A stretch of DNA of 29,254 nucleotides. Origin: Thermoproteota archaeon (lineage in GTDB: Archaea; Korarchaeota; Korarchaeia; Korarchaeales; Korarchaeaceae). This document shows, one piece after another, positions 16,684 to 24,709 of this stretch. Position 1 is the stretch's first letter. Every line of letters begins with the position of its first letter. The stretch is taken from positions 1-29,254 of the forward strand of contig JAVCBY010000061.1 in assembly GCA_037917625.1 (NCBI GenBank). The letters run 5' to 3'. The notes below the pieces were generated by a model, which had not been told where the DNA came from, ran no database searches, and worked only from the letters and a program-made list of their open reading frames with translations. The translations under genes were made by a program, and so were the position numbers.

Positions 16684-18752
16684 ACGCTATGGATTATGCC
16701 CTCCTAACTTGGTCCCTCCCCTTCATCGGGGCTCTGCTCTCCCTCATCCTTAGGGGGAAGGTAAGGGACATAATAGCTGTGCTCGCAATATTAGCTTCAG
16801 CTATCTTCTCCACTCTCTCACTTCAGGAATTCCTGAGGGCTGGGGAGCCCATTCACATGAGCTATCAATGGATACCATCGCTCGGCATATCCATGGGAAC
16901 TTACGTGGATTCCTTGAGCGGCTTCATGTCCCTTATAGTCTCTTGGCTGAGCTTCCTAATAGCTGCTTACAGTCTGAAGTATATGGAAGGGGACCCCGGG
17001 CTCACTAGATACTGGTTCTTGTTCGATTTCTTCGTTGGAAGCATGCTCCTCCTCGTCTTAGCGGATAACCTCGTGACCATGTTCTTAGGATGGGAGGGGA
17101 CTGGATTAGCTTCATACGCTCTGATAGGCCACTGGTACACCGATGAGGAGGAGAGGTGCGTCGGAGATATAGGTAGGGAGGCCTTCGGAATCCCGATGTG
17201 GTTCACACCTAGTCACAGCGGGCTGAGGGCTATAGTCTTCACGAGGTTAGGGGATGTGGGCTTCATAGCTGGGATAGGGGTCCTTTACTACTTCACTAAG
17301 AGCCTCTCGATACTTGAGATCTCAGAGAGAGTAGCTGATTGGGCTGGACCCATGGCTGAGAGCGGTCTGCTCCTCCCCTTCCTCCTGATATTCTCACTAG
17401 GGGCTTTCGCGAAGTCAGCTCAATTCCCGTTCCACGAGTGGTTAGTCACAGCTATGACTGGTCCAACATCAGTCAGCGCTTTGATACATGCAGCTACTAT
17501 GGTGAAAGCGGGAGTCTACTTCTTGCTCAGGTTCTCCCCAATATTCGTGCTAGCTGCTCACGAAGTTCCTATAGCTGTGGGCCAAGTTCACAGCTTCTTC
17601 TCAATCGTAGCGATAATAGGAGCTTTCACAGCGTTCTTGATGGCCTCCCAAGCTCTAGTATCGAGGGAGCTGAAGCTAATACTGGCTTTCTCAACAGCAT
17701 CTCAACTCGGTTACATGTTCCTAGCTTTAGGGGCCGCTGGCCTCATAGCAGAGTTTCCATTGGGTTTCTTAGCTGGTTTCTCCCACTTGATGAGTCACGC
17801 TATATTCAAGGCATCCCTCTTCCTCGTAGCTGGTGCGATGATACATGCTGTGCACTCTAGGTTCATAGACGATATGGGCGGCCTCTGGAAGCTCATGAAA
17901 TGGTCCTTCCTCTCCATGAGCCTGGCTTCCCTGAGCTTAATGGGGATCCCCCCGTTCATGGGGTTCTGGACGAAGGACATGGTGTTAGAAGTGGCTAAGG
18001 AATCTGGTATATATGTTGCTTACACGCTCGGCCTCATAACAGCTGGCCTCACTGCCTTCTACTCCACTAGGCTCTTAATAAGGACTTTCATAATTGGAAA
18101 AGCCCATCACGCTCACGAAGCCCATCCAATAATGCTACTCCCTTACTTAACCCTCGCAGCGATATCCTTCCTATTGGGGATGTTATGGCCCATCTTAGGA
18201 TTAAACCTCCTCTCCGGGATGGTGCTGAAAGTCATAGGGATGCATGAGGAGTTCCACCCGGAGTTGCACTTAGATCCAGAGCTCTTGATATCATCCTTAG
18301 GCATCGTCTCCCTCAGTATAATAGTGGCTCTATCCCTCTACTTGACTGAAGGAGGCCTAAGTAGGATATCCTCTATGAGGAATAGCTCCTTAGGAAAAGT
18401 TATCCACGACTTCCTCTACGATAGGTGGTACATAAATGCCCTCTACTATAAAGCGATAGTGGGGTCCCTCTCCTGGTTATCGAGGAATGTCTTCAAGTAC
18501 TTCGACTCTCTGATAATAGATGGGTTCTACCATATCCTAATACCTAAGCTCACTGAGCTGCTCAGTTACTTCGGCTTCAAGTACTTCGAGACCGAAGTGG
18601 TAGATGATACCTACCATGAGAGGGTCGTGAGAGGATTCACCTCCCTTGGATCCTTCCTCAGGAGGATGCAGACGGGATTAGTGAACCACTATCTCACGAT
18701 ATTCGTCCTGGGCCTCCTAGTGGTGTTGCTGTTGATAATATGGGTGGGATGA
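16680..18752 (+). CDS. nuoL: Complex I-like antiporter subunit L
   Basis: GWEGTGLASYALIG, AKSAQFPFHEWL..AMTGPTSVSALIHAATMVKAG, C-terminal lateral helix and QTGLVNHY. Confidence 0.93.
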   Translation: MNAMDYALLTWSLPFIGALLSLILRGKVRDIIAVLAILASAIFSTLSLQEFLRAGEPIHMSYQWIPSLGISMGTYVDSLSGFMSLIVSWLSFLIAAYSLKYMEGDPGLTRYWFLFDFFVGSMLLLVLADNLVTMFLGWEGTGLASYALIGHWYTDEEERCVGDIGREAFGIPMWFTPSHSGLRAIVFTRLGDVGFIAGIGVLYYFTKSLSILEISERVADWAGPMAESGLLLPFLLIFSLGAFAKSAQFPFHEWLVTAMTGPTSVSALIHAATMVKAGVYFLLRFSPIFVLAAHEVPIAVGQVHSFFSIVAIIGAFTAFLMASQALVSRELKLILAFSTASQLGYMFLALGAAGLIAEFPLGFLAGFSHLMSHAIFKASLFLVAGAMIHAVHSRFIDDMGGLWKLMKWSFLSMSLASLSLMGIPPFMGFWTKDMVLEVAKESGIYVAYTLGLITAGLTAFYSTRLLIRTFIIGKAHHAHEAHPIMLLPYLTLAAISFLLGMLWPILGLNLLSGMVLKVIGMHEEFHPELHLDPELLISSLGIVSLSIIVALSLYLTEGGLSRISSMRNSSLGKVIHDFLYDRWYINALYYKAIVGSLSWLSRNVFKYFDSLIIDGFYHILIPKLTELLSYFGFKYFETEVVDDTYHERVVRGFTSLGSFLRRMQTGLVNHYLTIFVLGLLVVLLLIIWVG

Positions 18753-20146
18753 TGGAGCTCATAACATGGTCGATATTCGCGATCCTCTCGGCAACTGGCC
18801 TCATAATACCAACTATAGATTACCTTAAGGGAGTGAGGACAGGCCCTTACATAGCTCTAATATCGACTGCAGCATCCACTATCCTCCTAACTTTTCTCAT
18901 GAGGGAGAGCGGAACTATATTCAATGGACTCATAAGGGTAGATCCACTATCGACGTACATAGCATTCATAGCGGCTTTCGGCTCCTTCTTAGTAATTCTA
19001 GCTTCACTATCTCAAGCTAAAGATTGGAGCACAGCTCCTAGCCTCTACTCCCTCATCCTCCTCTCCCTCCTCGGGGTCCTCTTCATCCTCTACGCTAACG
19101 ATGCCTCCGTGGTGATAGCCTCTTGGGCTCTAGTTGCGATAGCATCTTACGTAATAGTTGGCATGAGGAAGGATGAAGCATCGCTAGAGGCTTCAGTTAA
19201 GTACTCCCTCATGGGCGTGGCTTCGTCATCTCTCTTAATCTTCGGCTTCGCTCTCGTCCTCGGGGTGACTAAGGAGAGTCAATCGATTCAGTTGAGCTAT
19301 GTATCGACTCAGCTCAGGGATATCTTAATACTGGGAGTTCTCATACTGATAGCTGCAGTAGGTTTCAAGATGGGAGTCTTCCCATTCCACGCTTGGCTGC
19401 CAGATGTCTACGGTGGTGCTAATCCCCTCTTAGTCTCCTTCGTCTCTGGAGTAGTGAAACTGATAAGTATAGGAGCATTTATAAGAGTCCTGCAACCCCT
19501 AATCCCAGCTATAAGTGATTACTGGTTCACAGCGATGGCTATTCTATCTATACTCACGATGTTCTATGGAAATCTAGCTGCTCTTGTCCAGAGGAACGTC
19601 CAGAGGATGATGGCGTATTCGAGTATAGCTCAAGCTGGGTACTTCCTCATAGCTTTCGCAGCTCTATCCAGCTCCACGCAATTAGCTCTGCAGGCTATAG
19701 GGCTACAGGTAACTACGTATGTGCTCGCTAAGATAGGGATATTCGTGGGGCTCAGCTACTTGAGTAGGAAGGGCTTCGAGCTCACTCTAGATGGGCTAAA
19801 GGGGTCTGGGAGGATCATGAGGCTATCGGGATCCATGATCGCGATACTAATATTGAGCCTCATGGGAATGCCACCTCTAATAGGCTTCTGGAGTAAGTTC
19901 ATGTACATATTCTTCTCGGTGATGGACATAGCTCCGTGGCTAGCGTTACTGGGTGTGATAAACAGCGGGATATCCGTAGGTTACTATGCGTTAGTCTTGA
20001 GGTACATGTACTTCGCGAACCCCCCTGATCTAGAGGCTAAAGAGAGCTCCAGGGACCCGGAGCTATACGTACTAGCTATAGTAGGAGTGCTCTCTGTCGT
20101 CTTAGGCTTGGGATTAGTGGATTATTTGGTGCTCCTCCTCTCATAA
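18740..20146 (+). CDS. nuoN: Complex I-like antiporter subunit N (start may be 18749 or 18752)
   Basis: EASVKY, GFKMGVFPFHAWLPDVYGGA, RMMAYSSIAQAGY, SLMGMPPLIGF.SK. Confidence 0.92.
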   Translation: MGGMMELITWSIFAILSATGLIIPTIDYLKGVRTGPYIALISTAASTILLTFLMRESGTIFNGLIRVDPLSTYIAFIAAFGSFLVILASLSQAKDWSTAPSLYSLILLSLLGVLFILYANDASVVIASWALVAIASYVIVGMRKDEASLEASVKYSLMGVASSSLLIFGFALVLGVTKESQSIQLSYVSTQLRDILILGVLILIAAVGFKMGVFPFHAWLPDVYGGANPLLVSFVSGVVKLISIGAFIRVLQPLIPAISDYWFTAMAILSILTMFYGNLAALVQRNVQRMMAYSSIAQAGYFLIAFAALSSSTQLALQAIGLQVTTYVLAKIGIFVGLSYLSRKGFELTLDGLKGSGRIMRLSGSMIAILILSLMGMPPLIGFWSKFMYIFFSVMDIAPWLALLGVINSGISVGYYALVLRYMYFANPPDLEAKESSRDPELYVLAIVGVLSVVLGLGLVDYLVLLLS

Positions 20147-20221
20147 CTTTTCAGTTCAGAGCGCCCTAACTAATATTATTTTTAGCATTTGGATATACTC
20201 TGAAAATCTTAGTTTTCTATG

Positions 20222-20235
20222 AACCTTTTATATAT
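20222..20235 (+). promoter_or_regulatory. Candidate TATA box with no annotated downstream gene
   Basis: AACC-TTTTATATAT about 20-25 bp before a long hairpin and the SD GAGGGA. Confidence 0.4.
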
Positions 20236-20266
20236 TCTTACTCTTTCCTACGATGAGGGATGATGA

Positions 20267-20404
20267 TTGAGTAGAGCTCTCAATATCATCCTATCGCTAC
20301 TACTCATCCCTATTCGTGCGTAAGGTATGTTTGGAACTTTGGTGTCGATGTCAGTAGTAGCTCTCGGCTTCGGAGTAGATCACAGCGTCCCTCACGAGAT
20401 ATAA
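20267..20404 (+). other. Two in-frame hydrophobic mini-ORFs (18 aa and 25 aa) separated by TAA; micropeptides or a decayed membrane-protein gene
   Basis: TTG 20267: LSRALNIILSLLLIPIRA*; then G and ATG 20327: MFGTLVSMSVVALGFGVDHSVPHEI*. Confidence 0.3.
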
Positions 20405-20662
20405 TACGAATGTAATACCCCCTCCAATAGTTCTCTTTGCCGCGATTATACCCTCTCAGAGGGCGGCTATAAGTACCCGTCCACACCTCGTTTAGCGAGC
20501 CTGCATGTCCCTTCCTCATGATCCTCCATCTTTCTTTCGCATATTTACTTCGGCATAGCTCACATCATTTTAAAGGTTAGCAGAAGGGCTAACTCTTTGA
20601 ATCCGAGGTACTGCCACCCATGGAAAAGCTTAAGAGTCCTCTCAAATCGATCGATCGGAGGT

Positions 20663-21283
20663 ATGATGTACCTCCCGTGGAGCTACATCCATTCCTTCGA
20701 GTGTGATGCTTGCGGGATCTGTTGTTCGCACTTCTCAGTGCCCCTGAGGCCCGATGAAGCCCTAGAGATATCTAGAAAGTTCGGAAGGGATTACATAGAG
20801 ATCAGGAAGGATAGGTTCTTCCTGAAGAAGGAAGGTAGGAATTGCCCCTTCCTCTTGAGCTCCCATATGAGCCTCTGTTATCTCCAGTTGCTCGGTATAA
20901 AGCCGAGAGCGTGCAAGCTCTGGCCATTCTACATATTCAAAAACCCGGAATATGGGAGGAGGGAGGAAGCGGCTTTCTCCAATAAGCTGGGGACCTTCTA
21001 CATCTACGTAGATCCCAGATGCCCCGGGATCATTATTGGGAGGCCATCTGAGAGGCTCATAAATGCTATAGATGAGGCAGTGGAGATATGGTTAGGCCTC
21101 AGGAAGGAGCAGGTACTGACGACCTCACTTAAAGCTCTCAGGCACGTGGGGCATGAGTTAGCACCTAAGGTAACTTCAATAGAAGAATTTTTCAGAACTA
21201 CCTTTATCCATAGAATCCCAGATCCTCAAGATGAGCATACATGCGAAATCAACTCCATAAGGAAGTCCTCTCCCATCGGTTGA
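20663..21283 (+). CDS. YkgJ-family (CxxCxxCC) Zn/Fe-S cysteine-cluster protein
   Basis: FECDACGICC...CPFL...C...KPRACKLWPF...CPG; SD GGAGGT before ATG 20663; GGAAAAG-CTTAAG promoter-like element near 20622-20634. Confidence 0.85.
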   Translation: MMYLPWSYIHSFECDACGICCSHFSVPLRPDEALEISRKFGRDYIEIRKDRFFLKKEGRNCPFLLSSHMSLCYLQLLGIKPRACKLWPFYIFKNPEYGRREEAAFSNKLGTFYIYVDPRCPGIIIGRPSERLINAIDEAVEIWLGLRKEQVLTTSLKALRHVGHELAPKVTSIEEFFRTTFIHRIPDPQDEHTCEINSIRKSSPIG

Positions 21284-21290
21284 GTCGATG

Positions 21291-21304
21291 GGAAAGTTTA
21301 TTAG
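21291..21304 (+). promoter_or_regulatory. BRE-TATA promoter for the intergenic structured RNA
   Basis: GGAAAG-TTTATTA, nearly identical to the nuo promoter GGAAAG-TTTTTAA; the first T is 27 nt before the first G of the terminal stem. Confidence 0.6.
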
Positions 21305-21323
21305 GCAGCGCTTCACACTACCC

Positions 21324-21417
21324 GGGGCCGGGAGAGGGGGGATATCGGAGACCTCTGATAGCACAGCACTCTAAGGAGTTGCTGACTCCCGTATCCACGG
21401 GAACCCCCGAAAGCCCC
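21324..21417 (+). ncRNA. Candidate 94-nt structured ncRNA (four-way junction), family not recognised
   Basis: GGGGC/GCCCC and GGGGG/CCCCC closing stems enclose three hairpins (21343-60, 21364-84, 21387-402); GC-rich; upstream promoter; G-U wobble favours the + strand. Confidence 0.65.
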
Positions 21418-22047
21418 TCATATCCCCTTGAGGAGCCTCAAGTAAGTAGATGGGCTCAACTCAGTTATCCTTCCTTCGTCAACTGATGTTATGATTATCC
21501 CGTTGAGCTTACATATCTTCAATACATCCAGCGGTATCGGGGGGTTCGTGTAGTACTTATCCAGGAGTGACTTCCACTTAATCAGCTCATCCTCGCTCCT
21601 CTCATCTGGAGGCAATAAAACGAAGGGCGGTATCTCCATTAAGTATGTGGGAGGAGCAGCTAGATAAAACCTATCTGAATGGATGCTGTATCTAGCTATC
21701 TTGCTCGCTATTCTAGCTCTGCAGAAGTTATCCGGATCTAGAGCATGCTCGGGCGGGACATAACCAGTTTCCACCTCAACTATCACCTTTATATCCTTTG
21801 AACATAAGAGATCGCATTTCAGATCATCTATTGGGACCTCAACATCCACCTCATATCCCTGTGAGATGAAATGAGCTGCAACCACCATCTCCATAGCGGA
21901 GTGATTTATCTTAACTAATCCCCTCTTATGCAGACCAACGAGCTTATTTATCAAGGGATCAAGCCTGTCGCTTGGCACCACTCCCTTCTCCTCCAACTTC
22001 GAGGCGAGCTTCCTCAGATCGGATCTGAAAACTCTCTCGTTCGGCAC
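21418..22047 (-). CDS. Conserved archaeal hypothetical protein with a PD-(D/E)xK nuclease-like motif
   Basis: H..ME...HF..QGYEVDVE...KCDL...VIVEVETG pattern typical of restriction-endonuclease-fold proteins; E-x-E-T replaces E-x-K. Confidence 0.6.
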   Translation of the reverse strand: MPNERVFRSDLRKLASKLEEKGVVPSDRLDPLINKLVGLHKRGLVKINHSAMEMVVAAHFISQGYEVDVEVPIDDLKCDLLCSKDIKVIVEVETGYVPPEHALDPDNFCRARIASKIARYSIHSDRFYLAAPPTYLMEIPPFVLLPPDERSEDELIKWKSLLDKYYTNPPIPLDVLKICKLNGIIITSVDEGRITELSPSTYLRLLKGI

Positions 22048-22097
22048 TTTCGAGCATCACATCAATAACTTTTAGTCCTTACTGTATCGTGAGTTGG

Positions 22098-23531
22098 ATG
22101 CTCATGCAGAGGACGAAGATAATAGGGACGATAGGGCCAGCCTCCTCCCAAATAGAAGTAGTGAAGGGAATGATAGCTGAGGGAATGAGCATAGCCAGGC
22201 TGAACTTCTCCCATGGAACCATAGGGGAGAAGATGGAGCAGATAGAAATGGTAAGAGAGGCCTCACATGAGCTGGGGATCAGAGTGGGCCTTATGTCCGA
22301 TCTCCAAGGGCCTGAGGTCAGGACGCATATGGGAAGGAAGGAGCTCAAGATAGAGGATGGAGACCTCGTCACCGTGAGCGGTAAAGAGGGAGTTGGAGAG
22401 ATAAAGATAAAGCCATCGAGCGTTTTAAGGGATCTAGAACCGGATGATGAGATCTACATAGATGAGGGGAGGATAAGGCTCAGGGTGAGGGAAGTTGATA
22501 ACGAGCTCCTCAAGTGCGAGGTCGTTCAGGGAGGTCTCGTCAGGGATAAGAGGTCTGTACACGCATCAAAGCCTTTCGAACTCAGAGGTTTGACGGAGGA
22601 GGATAAGGAGGCTATAAGGGCTTCAATGAGCAAGGGAGTTGACTTCATAGCCCTATCCTTCGTTAAATCAGCTGAGGATGTGATGGAGGCTGCGGAATTC
22701 ATGAGATCGATCTCAGATGATCCTCCAGCTATAATATCTAAGATAGAGACCAAGGAAGCTGTTGAGAGGATAAAGGAAATACTGGATGTATCTTACGGAA
22801 TTATGGTAGCTAGAGGGGACTTGGGCGTGGAATTGCCCCTTCAAGAGGTCCCGAAGATACAGAAAAATTTGATAAGACTCGCTAATCAGAACGCTAAGCC
22901 TGTGATAACAGCGACCGAGATGCTCGAGTCCATGACCCACAGCCCTATACCGACTAGGGCTGAAGTCACTGACGTTTACAATGCTATACTCGATGGGAGC
23001 GATGCGATAATGCTATCAGCTGAGACAGCTGTAGGGAAGTACCCCGTGCTCAGCGTTAGATGGATGAGGATAATAGCTGAGATAGCTGAGAGCTCTCTGG
23101 AGAGCAGACTAGATTTCCCAATAGATGATATACCTTCTTTCATAGGGAAGGCTGCTGTAGAGGCTTCAGATGTCCTCAAGTGTCCGGTGATATTCTGCTT
23201 CACTTACTCAGGTTATACAGCGAGGCGCGTCGCTAGGCACAGGCCCAAAGCTAGAATAATAGCCCTCAGCAGCAATGAGAGAGCGAGTCAGCTTCTCACA
23301 CTCACATGGGGTGTCGAGACGATAGATGTGACTGGAGACTTAGATGAAGCTTTGAGCTTCGCCTTGAGCTATTGCATGGATAGGGGCATATTGTCCGAGG
23401 ATGATCGCATCGTAGTGATTTACGGCCATCCTCACGGTGAGGCCAAGACGAACACCCTCAGGATATTGAGCGTGAGGGAACTTCAGAGAGCTGGGACTCC
23501 GAAGCCCGCTGAGACCACGGGACCATCGTGA
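22098..23531 (+). CDS. pyk: Pyruvate kinase
   Basis: RTKIIGTIGPAS, ARLNFSHG, DLQGPEVR, IISKIET, MVARGDLGVE, ATEMLESM, PTRAEVTDV; start at 22089, 22098 or 22104. Confidence 0.96.
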   Translation: MLMQRTKIIGTIGPASSQIEVVKGMIAEGMSIARLNFSHGTIGEKMEQIEMVREASHELGIRVGLMSDLQGPEVRTHMGRKELKIEDGDLVTVSGKEGVGEIKIKPSSVLRDLEPDDEIYIDEGRIRLRVREVDNELLKCEVVQGGLVRDKRSVHASKPFELRGLTEEDKEAIRASMSKGVDFIALSFVKSAEDVMEAAEFMRSISDDPPAIISKIETKEAVERIKEILDVSYGIMVARGDLGVELPLQEVPKIQKNLIRLANQNAKPVITATEMLESMTHSPIPTRAEVTDVYNAILDGSDAIMLSAETAVGKYPVLSVRWMRIIAEIAESSLESRLDFPIDDIPSFIGKAAVEASDVLKCPVIFCFTYSGYTARRVARHRPKARIIALSSNERASQLLTLTWGVETIDVTGDLDEALSFALSYCMDRGILSEDDRIVVIYGHPHGEAKTNTLRILSVRELQRAGTPKPAETTGPS

Positions 23532-24709
23532 AATACCAATTCCCCTCTGATGAATACCTTACTAACTTTCCACTTCAACTCCTTCCCCTCTATGGGGCTG
23601 GCTCTCGCTTTAGTATGGAGATCCTCCTTCCTCAGCACCCACCTCTCCCTCCTGAGTATCACGAGGTCCGCTAAATTACCGGGTATCAATGATCCCCTCC
23701 TCAAGCCTAAGTGCAAAGCTGGGTTCAAGCTGTACATAGATAAGACTCTATAGGGAAGCCTCCCTTCCTCAACGCACTGTATTAAGAATGGAGTGAAAGC
23801 ATCTAGCCATGAAATGCCTGATGGCATCTCCTCATATCCCTTAGATTTCTCCTCCGGGCTGTGAGGGGCATGATCTGTCACTAAGAAATCTGCAAATCCA
23901 GCTCTAACCATTCCTAAGAGCTTCTCTCTCGCATCCCTTATGGGGGGGTTCACTTTGAAGAGGCTCCCCAGCGACTCAGCGTCCGATGAGCTGTAGAGGA
24001 GGTGATGCGGCGTTACCTCAGCTGTCACCTCGATTCCCTCAGCTCTAGCTTCACTAACTGCCGCTAAAGTATATGGGAGGGTGGAGTGGGCTATCCTAAG
24101 CTTAGCTCCATGCCTCCGGGCGAGCGAGATGACTCTATCGACTGCTACCCTCTCAGCGAGCTCCGGTCTCGCCCTATTATGCTCCTTGACATCGGAGACT
24201 TTTTCAGCTTCTTTGAGTATCAGAGGGTCCTCAGCATGAACTACGACTTCCTTCCCCATCTCATATGCTCTCTTGAAAACGATATTCAAGTCCTCATGCA
24301 TATCCTCTGGATATATCTTGATACCTATGACGTAACTCCTCTCATCCAAATATGGAAATGCTGTGTAGAGGAGGAAGTCTACGTAACTCTCCCTCCTAGC
24401 CTCCTCTAGTTTTATATCGAGCTTCTCCCTACTATCTATCTTCGGGACGTTATTGGGCATATCCGCTACGACAGTAACCCCTCCACTCAGAGCAGCTAAT
24501 GATTCCGACTTCCAATCTCCCTTATGCCTCTGATTCATCCCCCTCATGTGCACGTGCAGATCCACCATGCCCGGTAGTATCAAATCGACTTCCTCGCATC
24601 CCCTCATCCCAATGGAGAGGGAGCTTATCCTACCCTCGATCTCAATGCATCCATCCATCAAACCCCAAGGTAACGCGAGCTTACCGCAGAAGCATACCAA
24701 TGGATTCAC
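23483..24709 (-). CDS. pyrC: Dihydroorotase
   Basis: PGMVDLHVHMR, DMPNNVP, VHAED, EVTPHHL, KVNPPIR, TDHAPH; pyr operon context. Confidence 0.92.
   Translation of the reverse strand: MNPLVCFCGKLALPWGLMDGCIEIEGRISSLSIGMRGCEEVDLILPGMVDLHVHMRGMNQRHKGDWKSESLAALSGGVTVVADMPNNVPKIDSREKLDIKLEEARRESYVDFLLYTAFPYLDERSYVIGIKIYPEDMHEDLNIVFKRAYEMGKEVVVHAEDPLILKEAEKVSDVKEHNRARPELAERVAVDRVISLARRHGAKLRIAHSTLPYTLAAVSEARAEGIEVTAEVTPHHLLYSSSDAESLGSLFKVNPPIRDAREKLLGMVRAGFADFLVTDHAPHSPEEKSKGYEEMPSGISWLDAFTPFLIQCVEEGRLPYRVLSMYSLNPALHLGLRRGSLIPGNLADLVILRRERWVLRKEDLHTKARASPIEGKELKWKVSKVFIRGELVFHDGPVVSAGFGVPAL

Noticed and set aside
20260-20320. C/D-box sRNA starting at ATGATGA
   Set aside because: No CTGA D or D' box follows at the expected spacing.
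21324-21417. tRNA, tRNA-Sec/Pyl or suppressor tRNA (7-bp stem with 4-nt loop; CTCTAAG in the middle arm; TTA on the - strand could read the nrdJ TAA)
   Set aside because: No T-loop GTTCRA, no D-loop GG, no 7-nt anticodon loop closed by a stem, and an interrupted closing stem. Any link to nrdJ readthrough is unsupported.
21324-21417. Hammerhead ribozyme (CTGATAG and CGAAA) or SAM-I riboswitch (- strand CAGCAAC...GTGCTG and TATCAGAG)
   Set aside because: The hammerhead needs CUGANGA and a UH cleavage site, both absent. The SAM-I elements are in the wrong order, and the RNA lies 3' of both flanking genes.
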